From Candidatus Poseidoniaceae archaeon (GTDB taxonomy: Archaea; Thermoplasmatota; Poseidoniia; Poseidoniales; Poseidoniaceae): a stretch of DNA of 64,000 nucleotides. Location of the stretch: NCBI GenBank assembly GCA_045568435.1, contig JBJLBB010000006.1:141382-205381 (forward strand), in the 5' to 3' direction. Within the stretch, counting starts at the first letter, position 1. Every line of letters starts with the position of its first letter. The notes beneath the pieces were generated by a model, which saw only the letters and a program-made list of their open reading frames with translations, searched no databases and was not told the DNA's origin. This document shows positions 40,043 to 49,617 of this stretch, piece after piece. Both the position numbers and the translations under genes were made by a program.

Positions 40043-43000
40043 ATAAGCATCAATTCCCATATCCCTACAGAGCCAGAGTCCTCATTGGCCACTAATAACA
40101 ACGGAGTCCCTGTTGGGGAAACATCAGCTGAAACAAATTCCATATCCTCGGGATTTGAAGAGCCGTCCACTTGAATCCATTGTTGGAAAGTGGGATTATT
40201 GGGGTCTGTAATGTCATAAATCATAACCCCGAAACTTCGCTCCATTGAGACAAAGAGATACTGCCTTCCATCAATTTCTCCAACCTTAACTCCTTCAGGT
40301 TCAATCCCTTTATTATCATCTCTAGTATTCATTTCATCGACAAGGTGTTGGCCGTTATTGGTTGAATATTGTGAAAAGTCATGTCCACTATCCCATACCA
40401 TTTCCAAATCTGTTGTCCAAATGGAAAACGACCTTGCCCCTACTCCGCAGATATAATCTAAATCGCCATCACCATCATGGTCACCACAATTATTTGGTAC
40501 GTTCAGCCTTCCTAACTGGTTCATTTGTTGCATGTTAGAAGAATCTGGAAACCGCATTGGATCGAGGTTTGTCGAAGCAATTCGTATTTCTTCATTTAGG
40601 CCGATTTCTAAAATTCCTGATGAACTATTGAAATACCGGTAATCACGAAGATCCCCCTCATTCCCGGTTATCAGGTAAGTTACGCCATTGACTGTATAAG
40701 ACGTTATACCATCCGGCATATACATCGACATAACTGGCCAGGGCTTTGGATTGTAAGCATCTTCATCACTTGCATCGAGTGGATGTAATCTAATATTTAC
40801 GAATCCCATCGGGATATTGGTTTCAGTAGGTCCAGAATCGGTCATGATTGCTAAATTTAACTCGCCAGTAGGATTGAATTGCCAAGAGCCGGTGTCTACG
40901 AGGAAATTGAGTAAATCTATCGGCCCGTCGTTATTATCAAGATCACATAAGTTGGAAGTAGTAATCGTTGCAACAAAAACTTCCAATGATTTGTCATCGA
41001 TATAGGCTATCGTACCGATATTATTTGGACAATCGATGGAAAAGTCAACCCCTTCTAAGTCCTCTAGATTATCTGGGGTTTCGTGAATTGAGTGTATCTG
41101 TCCTGAAAAATCCCTAATTTCAATCAAATCAGATGAATCATGAACTATAATCAATTGTTGATTACCGATATAATCTAAACCTGAAATATCGCCGCCCTGA
41201 GTTGGTATTGTTGAGAAAGATGTAGTGCTAAATTGTTGGTTTGTTTTATTCAACCAATCAGATGATATTGCATAAACATGTAAGTCATTATCTGTTTGGC
41301 TACCTGCTACTAGGAAGCCAAATTCGTTTGATGGCCATGCTGTATCTCGATCTGTATTTGGAATGAATGTTAATGATTCTAATCCTTGTCCATCATCGAT
41401 GTCAACTGGTAAATCGCTTAGTGAGACAATCGAATGAGTTTCGAAGGTTGTTGAATAACTAAGTATTTCGACTTGAGTAGTCGATTCGTCTGCAGCAAAA
41501 ATTATTCCGTTTTCGTCACATGTTACTGCTTCATAGTCAGAACCGGTAGTGTAACTATCGACTGGAGTTCCTTGATTGTCGATCATATGTATTGACCCGC
41601 TGTCATCAGCTACCAAATACGCCGAGTACGCTGCGCAATAATTTAGACCGCTACCTTCCCCTGAACCAAGTAAAGTGCCGAGTGAGGTGAACGTAAGTGG
41701 CCCATCGTTAACTGCAGAATTCAAACTATTGTCAATTGATAACATGTAGGGGGTGTTAGAAATTGTTTGAAATTCTCCCGAGATGCTATTACCAACAATG
41801 GTTAATGCTTCTGGTTTATCTCCATATCTATCGCCGAGTTCAACGAATGGTGATTTCAAAACCGGATTAAGTCCCTGGCTTGCAGCCGTAGGACCTGCTT
41901 CTCCCCCAACATAAGCAGAGTTTGGATTGCCAGGTGAGAGGCCTGTGACGCCAAAAGTAGTCGAAGAATCTACCAATCGCCCCCATGATGTATCAGGGCT
42001 TAGTGCCGGGACAATTACGATATCAACAACGTTGCCTGCTGAATCTTCCATCGTGACTGACTCGCCGCCTGACGATATCTTAATCGGCAAGTGATGTGCT
42101 CCATTTTCATCTACTGTAACAGCAAAATCTTGGTTGCCATCATTGGTATCATCAGCAAACAGCAGTAAGTGGGAGTTGGCTTGTATTGACGAACCGGATG
42201 GAAAAGTGTAAGATTTTGCTGGATCATCATAGAATTTCCAACCTGTTAAATCAACCGGATTGGCAGTAGGGTTGAATAGTTCAATATAATCTGAATCGGT
42301 TACGCCATCTTGAAATGGATTTGGTGGTCCAAGAGTCACCTTGCTTGCTACCTCATTGATGACAATTTGATCGCTTACTATGGTAGATGATGGGTCGGTG
42401 ACTGGTTCGTCGACTTCTACATCGTTAATTTCATTCATTGACATCGCTTCTAAAACACCTGCTTCGGTAACAGAAGACTCAAGTTCGAGTAGGTTGGTGG
42501 CTTGTGAAGTATCAACTCTGAATACCCACTTACTAGCATCCGTACCAGTAAGTGAGTCTCGCTCGATAACTAGTAACTCATCTTGATTGATGGCAACCAT
42601 AGATGTTACTTTATCCATTTTACCGCCTGCAGAATAAGCTCCGTCTGTTAATTCAACTGGGTAGAGGTATTGCCCTGTTAATTCCATAATTGAGAGATCT
42701 ATTTCCAACAGTCTAATCCACCGCTCGGTAGTACCTGGTGTGCTCAATGATGTTTGCGTCATAGCAAAGGCAGTTGATTCATGACAGGCAACCGCTTCAA
42801 AGCCCTTATTCGACTCGATTTCTGCAATGGCTTCTGGAAGTATTGGAATATCGTTGTCACTCGCTTGGGCTATGGTTAAATTTTCTGGGACTAATCTTGC
42901 CAAGCGATTACCGTCGCCACCAAAAATTTGCAGTGATGGGATGCTTTCATCCCCAAGCAAGAATACGTTCAAATCGTCGACATTACAAACGGTTAGATCT

Positions 43001-44505
43001 TCGAAATCACCTTCCTCATTCAGGGTGACTAACGGTTCAGCGTCGACTGAAATTTGTTGGTTTATGCCGTCATATCTCATGATTGAGATTTCTGAACTAC
43101 TATCTGATAATAACGCGTAAACTTCCTGCTGTTGCTCATCTGCACCGAGGTACAGAAGTCCCGAGGTGTCTGTAACTGGAGAGTCTTCCCAAATCATTGG
43201 GTTATGGATTGCTGCACCGGATGAGTGTGGCTTAAATCCAAGTGGCATTAGTCTAGTAAATTCGCCGTTGATTACATCAAGTTCAGCAACTGCATTAGCT
43301 TCCTGTATTGCTACCCAAGCCATAGTTGAGTCGGGTGAAACCGTAATATATTCTGGTTCAAAATCTACGCTCAAGTTTGCACTAGGCCCAAAAACCCTAA
43401 TGCCTTGTGCGGCCAATTCCTCTCTTTGACTTTCGAATTGGTGGAAATATGCATGCTTCACATCGTCTTGATTTAATTCGTCCAAAGGCCCGCTGACGTC
43501 AATGATTGTCACACTACCTTCTGGGTCTGCCTTGTAATCTGCTGATGGTTGCCCTTCATTGGCAACTAAAATTGTATTACCATCAGGGGTGAAGGTAATC
43601 ATATCTGGTTGGTATCCAGCGTTAACAATTGCTAACGCTTCGCCTGATGTGTCAATAAAATAAACTAAACCAATCATTGGTTCATCCTTAATGATTGGAT
43701 ATTGGATGCCGCTAATTATCTCATATTCAGTTCTCTCTTTGTGAACTGCAATCGCAAGTGTACCGTCAGAATGTCTAATATCGATGCTGTTTGGCTCGCC
43801 TATTCTGGAAAGGTCAACTCTATCTTCTAGGACAGGAAAGGTTGGATTGCTCATATTTACAATGTCGATTGATTTTTCCAGTACGTTTACCAAAAATAAC
43901 CGTTGGGTTACGGGATCATAAGCTGGTATTTCCAATGTGCCAAAGGTTCCTGCATCATGGTCATACATACCGAGAAGGCGTGCAGATAAGGTTTGACCCT
44001 GCGCTGGAGAGCCATAATTGATTGTTAGCCCATTACAAATTTCTGAGTTGTACATCATATCCGTTCTTTCAAAAACCGTGGTGAAAGTACATCCTTGTCC
44101 AGCAAGAATTAGGGAACGGTCGTCTGAGCATGTCAAAATGGCTTCACCGTTAGCAAGCAACGCAATTTTACATCCTGAATCCAGATTGATAAGCCTCTCA
44201 CCTACTGGATAATATTCGATAGTAACTGATTTATCATCGCAATTAAGTTTCAGTTCTTGGTTATTTGTAATTTCATAATCACAATTTTGAATATATCCTG
44301 CATCAACTGTTAACATAACAGAAAGAGGGACGCCATTAGCCCCAACACAAGTAAGTTGGGAATTATTTGCATCTAATACACACTCTCTCATTTGAAAATC
44401 GGGTAATGGAGTGTATACTGTCTCTATTTCGTTTTCATTAGATATGCACCCTGTCAAAAACATAGTACACAAAATTGCTACAATAAAAATTGCTTTCCTC
44501 TTCAT
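40039..44505 (-). CDS. Giant secreted lipoprotein: choice-of-anchor-I (alkaline-phosphatase-associated) propeller with inserted phytase-like, LTD and SdiA-regulated-like domains
   Basis: Lipobox LTGC. Outer-domain motifs PDMITFTPDG..ILVANEG.P, EPEYI, MYMPDGI, NEGD.RDY, GARSFSIW, DNKGIEPEG and LLVANEDSG. LTD motif IVINEV...DYIELFN. Confidence 0.8.
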   Translation of the reverse strand: MKRKAIFIVAILCTMFLTGCISNENEIETVYTPLPDFQMRECVLDANNSQLTCVGANGVPLSVMLTVDAGYIQNCDYEITNNQELKLNCDDKSVTIEYYPVGERLINLDSGCKIALLANGEAILTCSDDRSLILAGQGCTFTTVFERTDMMYNSEICNGLTINYGSPAQGQTLSARLLGMYDHDAGTFGTLEIPAYDPVTQRLFLVNVLEKSIDIVNMSNPTFPVLEDRVDLSRIGEPNSIDIRHSDGTLAIAVHKERTEYEIISGIQYPIIKDEPMIGLVYFIDTSGEALAIVNAGYQPDMITFTPDGNTILVANEGQPSADYKADPEGSVTIIDVSGPLDELNQDDVKHAYFHQFESQREELAAQGIRVFGPSANLSVDFEPEYITVSPDSTMAWVAIQEANAVAELDVINGEFTRLMPLGFKPHSSGAAIHNPMIWEDSPVTDTSGLLYLGADEQQQEVYALLSDSSSEISIMRYDGINQQISVDAEPLVTLNEEGDFEDLTVCNVDDLNVFLLGDESIPSLQIFGGDGNRLARLVPENLTIAQASDNDIPILPEAIAEIESNKGFEAVACHESTAFAMTQTSLSTPGTTERWIRLLEIDLSIMELTGQYLYPVELTDGAYSAGGKMDKVTSMVAINQDELLVIERDSLTGTDASKWVFRVDTSQATNLLELESSVTEAGVLEAMSMNEINDVEVDEPVTDPSSTIVSDQIVINEVASKVTLGPPNPFQDGVTDSDYIELFNPTANPVDLTGWKFYDDPAKSYTFPSGSSIQANSHLLLFADDTNDGNQDFAVTVDENGAHHLPIKISSGGESVTMEDSAGNVVDIVIVPALSPDTSWGRLVDSSTTFGVTGLSPGNPNSAYVGGEAGPTAASQGLNPVLKSPFVELGDRYGDKPEALTIVGNSISGEFQTISNTPYMLSIDNSLNSAVNDGPLTFTSLGTLLGSGEGSGLNYCAAYSAYLVADDSGSIHMIDNQGTPVDSYTTGSDYEAVTCDENGIIFAADESTTQVEILSYSTTFETHSIVSLSDLPVDIDDGQGLESLTFIPNTDRDTAWPSNEFGFLVAGSQTDNDLHVYAISSDWLNKTNQQFSTTSFSTIPTQGGDISGLDYIGNQQLIIVHDSSDLIEIRDFSGQIHSIHETPDNLEDLEGVDFSIDCPNNIGTIAYIDDKSLEVFVATITTSNLCDLDNNDGPIDLLNFLVDTGSWQFNPTGELNLAIMTDSGPTETNIPMGFVNIRLHPLDASDEDAYNPKPWPVMSMYMPDGITSYTVNGVTYLITGNEGDLRDYRYFNSSSGILEIGLNEEIRIASTNLDPMRFPDSSNMQQMNQLGRLNVPNNCGDHDGDGDLDYICGVGARSFSIWTTDLEMVWDSGHDFSQYSTNNGQHLVDEMNTRDDNKGIEPEGVKVGEIDGRQYLFVSMERSFGVMIYDITDPNNPTFQQWIQVDGSSNPEDMEFVSADVSPTGTPLLLVANEDSGSVGIWELMLI

Positions 44506-44514
44506 AATTTCACC

Positions 44515-45529
44515 TCAGGTTAAACCTCTTACCTCGTTATTCATCAGTACAGTATATTCTGTATGCTCGATGTGAATCTTTACGTAACAAATTGGGAATT
44601 CATCTCCTGTACCGCAAATATCTATTCCATCTTCCATCAGTAAAATGCTTTCACCAAAAGTCCAGACGGTATCTTCTACCTCTTGAATTATCATGCATCC
44701 AGTGCCCATGGAACCAGGTCCTGCCTCAGGATTGATGTCTTGGCCAGACATCATGCCGTTTGTCCGGCTTGCCGTTGGTGTCTGATCTTGTTGAAAATTG
44801 ACTGAACCATCTGGAACTGCGGCATATGATTCTGTTGAGGAAAGCGCAGGCCAAGAGATATTTTGGTGAACTTCTCCTTGTGGATTTATCAGCGAAACCA
44901 TTTCACCTTCTGATTTGAGTTTGAAGTTCATGTGTAAGGGCCCTTCCTCTGGTTCATCATCGCCCCAAACAATAAGGTAGCCTCCAGCGGGAATACTGGT
45001 GCCTGCGGGGAATGTGTAACCTTCTTTGCCGCCTGCGACATACTCTTCGAACGCATCAGTCATCTTCCAGTTGGACAAATCCATTGGCTCTGCACCTGGG
45101 TTGTAAAGTTCCAGCCAGTCATCATAATCGCCGGTTTCGTCTTGTAATCCCGCATCGTTCGACGCGACGATTTCGTTAATTCTCACATTCGGGCTGCCCG
45201 AGCCTGTGTTCTCGACTTCTACTAGAGTTGGGGGTAAGCATGTTTCGTTGAGTGGATTGTTGAATTGTGTTCCATCAGAATTTACCACCTCGACCGTTAT
45301 TGTAAGATTCGCCCATTCTACTGAAGCCCCCATGTTGGATTCAAACTCCAAGTTTAACAATGCATCTTGTTTGTTGAAGCCTACTTTTTGGGGTGAATCA
45401 TAATCATGAACTATCATGTATCCTTGGATCTCATACCTAGTTTCCTGTATCATCACTAGAGGTACACCCGGCTAAGGCAAAGCTTAGCATCATAAAAATC
45501 ATCAAAAACGCTTTACTGTAATTATTCAT
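44515..45529 (-). pseudogene. Lamin-tail-domain (LTD) lipoprotein with a pilin-head-like domain; frameshift near 45440 (error or pseudogene)
   Basis: ATG 45529 gives MNNYSKAFLMIFMMLSFALAGCTSSDDTGN* (signal peptide and lipobox). The body continues in another frame (ORF 44515-45456) with INEIVA..DWLELYN..DLSNW. Confidence 0.75.
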
Positions 45530-46826
45530 TGTTATCCCTCTTGGTTATCATCTTCTTCGTTAGACGTTGCTTCATTTGAATTGGTCGGTGGTTCGTTAGA
45601 AGTTTCCGATTCGTTATTGGATATGAATATTTAGTATGTGCCATGGATTCATTGAAAATACTCTCTGGTAGTGGAACAAAGCCTACTTCTGAAATAATCT
45701 CTTGTCCTCGTGAACTGTAACCAAATTCCAGGAAAGGTAGAACCTTGGCCCAAGATGAATTATCAATGTTGAGATATATTTCTCTTGCGAGAGGAAAATA
45801 GGTTTGATTCTTAATTGACGAAACGGTCGGATGTATTACGTCTTCAATGCCGTCCGCTGCACTGTGGGTTAAATTGGCAGATATTGGCACAGAATGGAGG
45901 ACGGATTGGTGTGCTTCATAGTAAGAATAACCGAAAAAGCCTATCGCAGCGCCGTCTTGTGAAACCCCGTTGACAATGACGTTGTCGTTGGCGCTGTTTT
46001 GATAACCATTACCGCGTTGAGATGCAAAGGCTTCCACTGGGTAATCTCTTTCGCCAGCAAAACACTTGGTACAGAATACCATTTCGCCAAAGTATTCATA
46101 AGTACCAGATTGTAAATCCGGGCCCCAGAGTGATATTTCTTGGTCCAAACAATCGCTTGTATCGCCCAAATCCTTCCACTCACGAACTCCATCATCATCG
46201 TTATTTGGGGTCACGCTTGAAAGATCAAGACCGCCAAATTGTGAATAAACTAAGTCGCTTTCACTCCAATCTGAATAAATCCAGCGTAATTGTGCAACGC
46301 TGAGGCCGCCAATTGATTGTATACAACGGTCAGCATCACCGCCGCGGGCAACAATGAGGGTTACGCCGTCCATGGCAATTGGCATTTGGGTGAGAACGAT
46401 ATCGCTTGGTTTACAAGAAAAATACCTGGTACCAGATTCGAGAGTTGCCTCGATTGGTTTGAATGTTCGACTCATTGAACCAATATCGACATGGTCATTA
46501 GAGGTAGAGCAAACTGCAGAAGCCCCCACTCCCGAGCCGCCGCTGGCAACTGAGACTTGGATAGAGCCAATTTCTTCCCTAAAGCCCTCTGCCCATCCAG
46601 TTGCTAGCGGATACACAGTCGAAGACCCAGCGATCCTTATATTGCCACCAGATTGTTCGATTTGAGTGCTTCCATCAGTTATTGTATAATCTCCATTAGA
46701 TTCTTGCTTGCCTTCATCATTGGAAATGCACCCTGACATCATGGTAAAAACTAGTAGAGCCATCATAGTGAAGCAACGGAAATTATACTTCTCCATAGTT
46801 GCGGTAGAATGGTCAAATAGATTCAT
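45522..46826 (-). CDS. pstS: Phosphate-binding lipoprotein PstS (single domain; C-terminal tail probably frameshifted)
   Basis: Lipobox MSGC, IAGSSTVYP, SGGSGVG, DIGSMSR, SGTYEYF, IGFFGYSYY, YFPLAREIY and VGFVPL. Confidence 0.9.
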   Translation of the reverse strand: MNLFDHSTATMEKYNFRCFTMMALLVFTMMSGCISNDEGKQESNGDYTITDGSTQIEQSGGNIRIAGSSTVYPLATGWAEGFREEIGSIQVSVASGGSGVGASAVCSTSNDHVDIGSMSRTFKPIEATLESGTRYFSCKPSDIVLTQMPIAMDGVTLIVARGGDADRCIQSIGGLSVAQLRWIYSDWSESDLVYSQFGGLDLSSVTPNNDDDGVREWKDLGDTSDCLDQEISLWGPDLQSGTYEYFGEMVFCTKCFAGERDYPVEAFASQRGNGYQNSANDNVIVNGVSQDGAAIGFFGYSYYEAHQSVLHSVPISANLTHSAADGIEDVIHPTVSSIKNQTYFPLAREIYLNIDNSSWAKVLPFLEFGYSSRGQEIISEVGFVPLPESIFNESMAHTKYSYPITNRKLLTNHRPIQMKQRLTKKMITKRDNNE

Positions 46827-46939
46827 ACCCCGCCAATAGAATATTTAGTAATATTGAGATATAATTATCAAAATATAGTTTCTATGCATGTTGGTAGTAT
46901 AACCGAGCCTGTTAGTCGTAGATACCTAAAAAAATAGGA

Positions 46940-48436
46940 GTGACTAAAATGAAAATAAACGAGAGAGAAAAATTTGAAAAAGCGGTAAGTCCGGTAATTG
47001 CAACGATTTTGATGGTTGCGATAACTGTAGTGTTATCTGGCGTACTCTATGTATGGGCTGCAAACCTAGCAGAAACCAACACAGACGGTGATTTGAGCCT
47101 GTATAACTTCAGTGTCCGAGATGCGCCTGGTAGCCCTACTAGCGGTGCAACCGATGACTTAGTAATTGTAACAATGGATATTGGTGAGGAAACTGGTTGG
47201 GCTTCAGTAATTGTCAAACTGTCTATTGACGGTGCGGCATCAAGTACCTGTGCAAACCCTGGCTCAACAACCGGAGTTTGTGTAGTAACCGAGACCAGTG
47301 CAAATGATGGTGGTTGGCAAGTTGGAGAATCTGTCACCATATCAGAGAATTCAGTAGATCTTTGTAGCAGCGAAGTCTGTGAGATTACTGTTACTATCCT
47401 TAATAGTAGAGAAGGAACAACTCTAGACACCTCAACCACAACCTCTGAAGGTGACTCAGCTGCTAGCAGCGGTGGCTCTACAAACGGTGGCACAGGTGAT
47501 AACACTGGTGGCGACACTGGTGGATCTACTGGAGCACCTGCCTGTATTGCGAATGAGGTTTCAGTAACTGAGGCACATGCAGATGGAGATAGTGCTGTTG
47601 ATCCATCTACAGGCGTTTTATTTGATGACGATTACATCGAATTATACAATAGTGGTGCAACATGCTCCATGGATGGAGTTTTGATGTACGATTCTTCTGG
47701 AATGGAGAATGATGGTACTACTTTTGCTATGGATCTTGCTAGCGGATACACTTTGTTCCAGAAGAATGACAACGCAGTAAAAGATGGTACTGACGGATTA
47801 TTTGGTTTCGGGCTAGGTAAGGGCGGAGATTCTGTCAGCCTTGATTTCGATGCTGATGGCACTCCTGAGCAGACATTTGTTCTACCATCTTACTCCGATA
47901 ACGGTGCTGCTGAAATCTGTAATGGAGTAATTCAACCGACCGGCCCAGGTGCAGAAACCCCGGGTTCAGCCAACAACTGTCATGCAACTGTCGCAATTAC
48001 CGAGGTTGCTAACAAAGGCAGTTCTGGAGTTTGTTTATTCAATGATGATGGTTCAATGGACGGTACCGCAGACTGGGTAGAAATCTGGAATTATGGTGCA
48101 ACAGATGTTGATCTAAGTGGATTTATTCTTCATGATGACAAAGGTGCGGGTGATTCAAAGGCATTTGGCCTATCAGGAACTATTGCTGCAGGCGACTATA
48201 TGTTGTTATGTAATGATGACTCTACACAAGGTGTGTTACAATTTGCCTTTGGTATCGGCGGCGATGATACTGTAACCTTGACTGATGGAACCAATGAAAT
48301 CTGGACTTCTGGAGCTCTCCCTGAGGCTGATTGTGAAGCAGACGCTGCATGTAATCCTGATGATGTCTATGCCATGGATGGTAAAGGCGCTTGGTCTTAT
48401 GTACCTGGTGCAGAAACCCCTGGTGCAGAAAACTAA
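46940..48436 (+). CDS. Archaeal type IV pilin-like protein (class III signal) with two C-terminal LTD-like domains
   Basis: KFEKA|VSPVIATILMVAITVVLSGVLYVW, Gly/Thr linker, then VTEAHA..DYIELYN and ITEVAN..DWVEIWN..DLSGF, each ending AETPG. Confidence 0.85.
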   Translation: MTKMKINEREKFEKAVSPVIATILMVAITVVLSGVLYVWAANLAETNTDGDLSLYNFSVRDAPGSPTSGATDDLVIVTMDIGEETGWASVIVKLSIDGAASSTCANPGSTTGVCVVTETSANDGGWQVGESVTISENSVDLCSSEVCEITVTILNSREGTTLDTSTTTSEGDSAASSGGSTNGGTGDNTGGDTGGSTGAPACIANEVSVTEAHADGDSAVDPSTGVLFDDDYIELYNSGATCSMDGVLMYDSSGMENDGTTFAMDLASGYTLFQKNDNAVKDGTDGLFGFGLGKGGDSVSLDFDADGTPEQTFVLPSYSDNGAAEICNGVIQPTGPGAETPGSANNCHATVAITEVANKGSSGVCLFNDDGSMDGTADWVEIWNYGATDVDLSGFILHDDKGAGDSKAFGLSGTIAAGDYMLLCNDDSTQGVLQFAFGIGGDDTVTLTDGTNEIWTSGALPEADCEADAACNPDDVYAMDGKGAWSYVPGAETPGAEN

Positions 48437-48468
48437 TGCAAAATAAATCATATTTTGTCCCCAAAACT

Positions 48469-48517
48469 TGAGATTATGCTCGGGGGTTTCGGCCCCCGAG
48501 TATACTCATTTTATTTT
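48469..48517. terminator. GC-rich hairpin with TTCG loop and T-tract between convergent genes
   Basis: tatgctcggggg-tttcgg-cccccgagtata followed by ttttatttt. Confidence 0.75.
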
Positions 48518-48534
48518 GTGAAAACTAACCCTTG

Positions 48535-49617
48535 TTATGAAGCGATGTTAGTAATCCTTGAATCGAGGAAATTTTGAATCGCATTGTATGCTGCTTCAAC
48601 CCCGTTATCGAAGATTATTGTTGGTGATTCATTGTTAGCCGATAATAGTGCAGCGTCTAAATCATCTACAGTGATTTTACGCTTATTCAGCATTGCAACA
48701 TTGGCATAGGCTTTGCTCGCTAGCACTGCATTAATCTCTTGCTCAACTTGGCCGGGTTCTGGAATGCACAAAGATGGAAGCCCTAACACACCAACTTCAC
48801 CGAGTAGTTGGCTACCTGCGGTTTGATAAATTAAATCGCAACTAAGTAAATCATCAATAAAACCCTGATTGGAAATTGGGCAAGAAATGACATCTTCTGG
48901 TATTTCTTCGGGTTTATGGCCGTATAACTTTACTTTCAAACCGTGCTTTCTGGCATGATCGACTATTGCGTCAAAATGGCAAAGTACGCTTTTTCTCATG
49001 TAAGCAACAGCATGGGTGCCTTGTGGCTGCCATGCACCAGGGAAAAACTGCGGCCTAAGCATAGGGCCAACTAGATGTACATCATCTTTTTTTGGCTCTA
49101 AATTAAAGCCCTTTGAAATAACGCTTAAAGCAGGTCTTGGAGTGAAGATTTTGCACAATAACCTTACTGGAAAAAGTCGTGCTCGTTGGCTTATTGACAA
49201 CCTATCAGCAAGTTTTGTGTCAAGTGAGAAACGTTGGCTGTTGAAGGAGATAATTGGTTTATCGAGCGTTTTTGCTGCTCTGGCAAATGTCGGTTCAAAA
49301 TCTGAGATTAAAGCATCAGGCTGATAGTGTTGTAATTGCTTTATACAATCCTTGACTCTGTTACGATGGCCTTTGATGAATTTAGCAGTAGCATAGGCAG
49401 TGCCAAAGTAGGATATTCCTCGTTTCCCCAGTACAAATCTTGGGGTTTCTAGATGAGTCACTGATTCGGCTCCGTACCGCTTCTCTAACAAATCTACTGC
49501 ATCGCCACAAGTAAAGAACTGTACGCTGTGGCCGGCTTCAATCAGTCGGTCTGCTAAACCGATAGCACGAGTAGTATGCCCCCTGCCTTCGCCTGCTAAG
49601 GCATAAGCGATATTCAT
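48535..49617 (-). CDS. GT-B glycosyltransferase, MJ1255/VC2487-like (GT28-related)
   Basis: YALAGEGRGHTTR, ISDFEP, TAGSQLLGE and P.PGQVEQEINA. ATGA overlap with the upstream metallophosphoesterase. Confidence 0.85.
   Translation of the reverse strand: MNIAYALAGEGRGHTTRAIGLADRLIEAGHSVQFFTCGDAVDLLEKRYGAESVTHLETPRFVLGKRGISYFGTAYATAKFIKGHRNRVKDCIKQLQHYQPDALISDFEPTFARAAKTLDKPIISFNSQRFSLDTKLADRLSISQRARLFPVRLLCKIFTPRPALSVISKGFNLEPKKDDVHLVGPMLRPQFFPGAWQPQGTHAVAYMRKSVLCHFDAIVDHARKHGLKVKLYGHKPEEIPEDVISCPISNQGFIDDLLSCDLIYQTAGSQLLGEVGVLGLPSLCIPEPGQVEQEINAVLASKAYANVAMLNKRKITVDDLDAALLSANNESPTIIFDNGVEAAYNAIQNFLDSRITNIAS

Noticed and set aside
39578-40060. Plasmid or provirus partition system
   Set aside because: There is no ParA, HTH, integrase or viral gene in the window.
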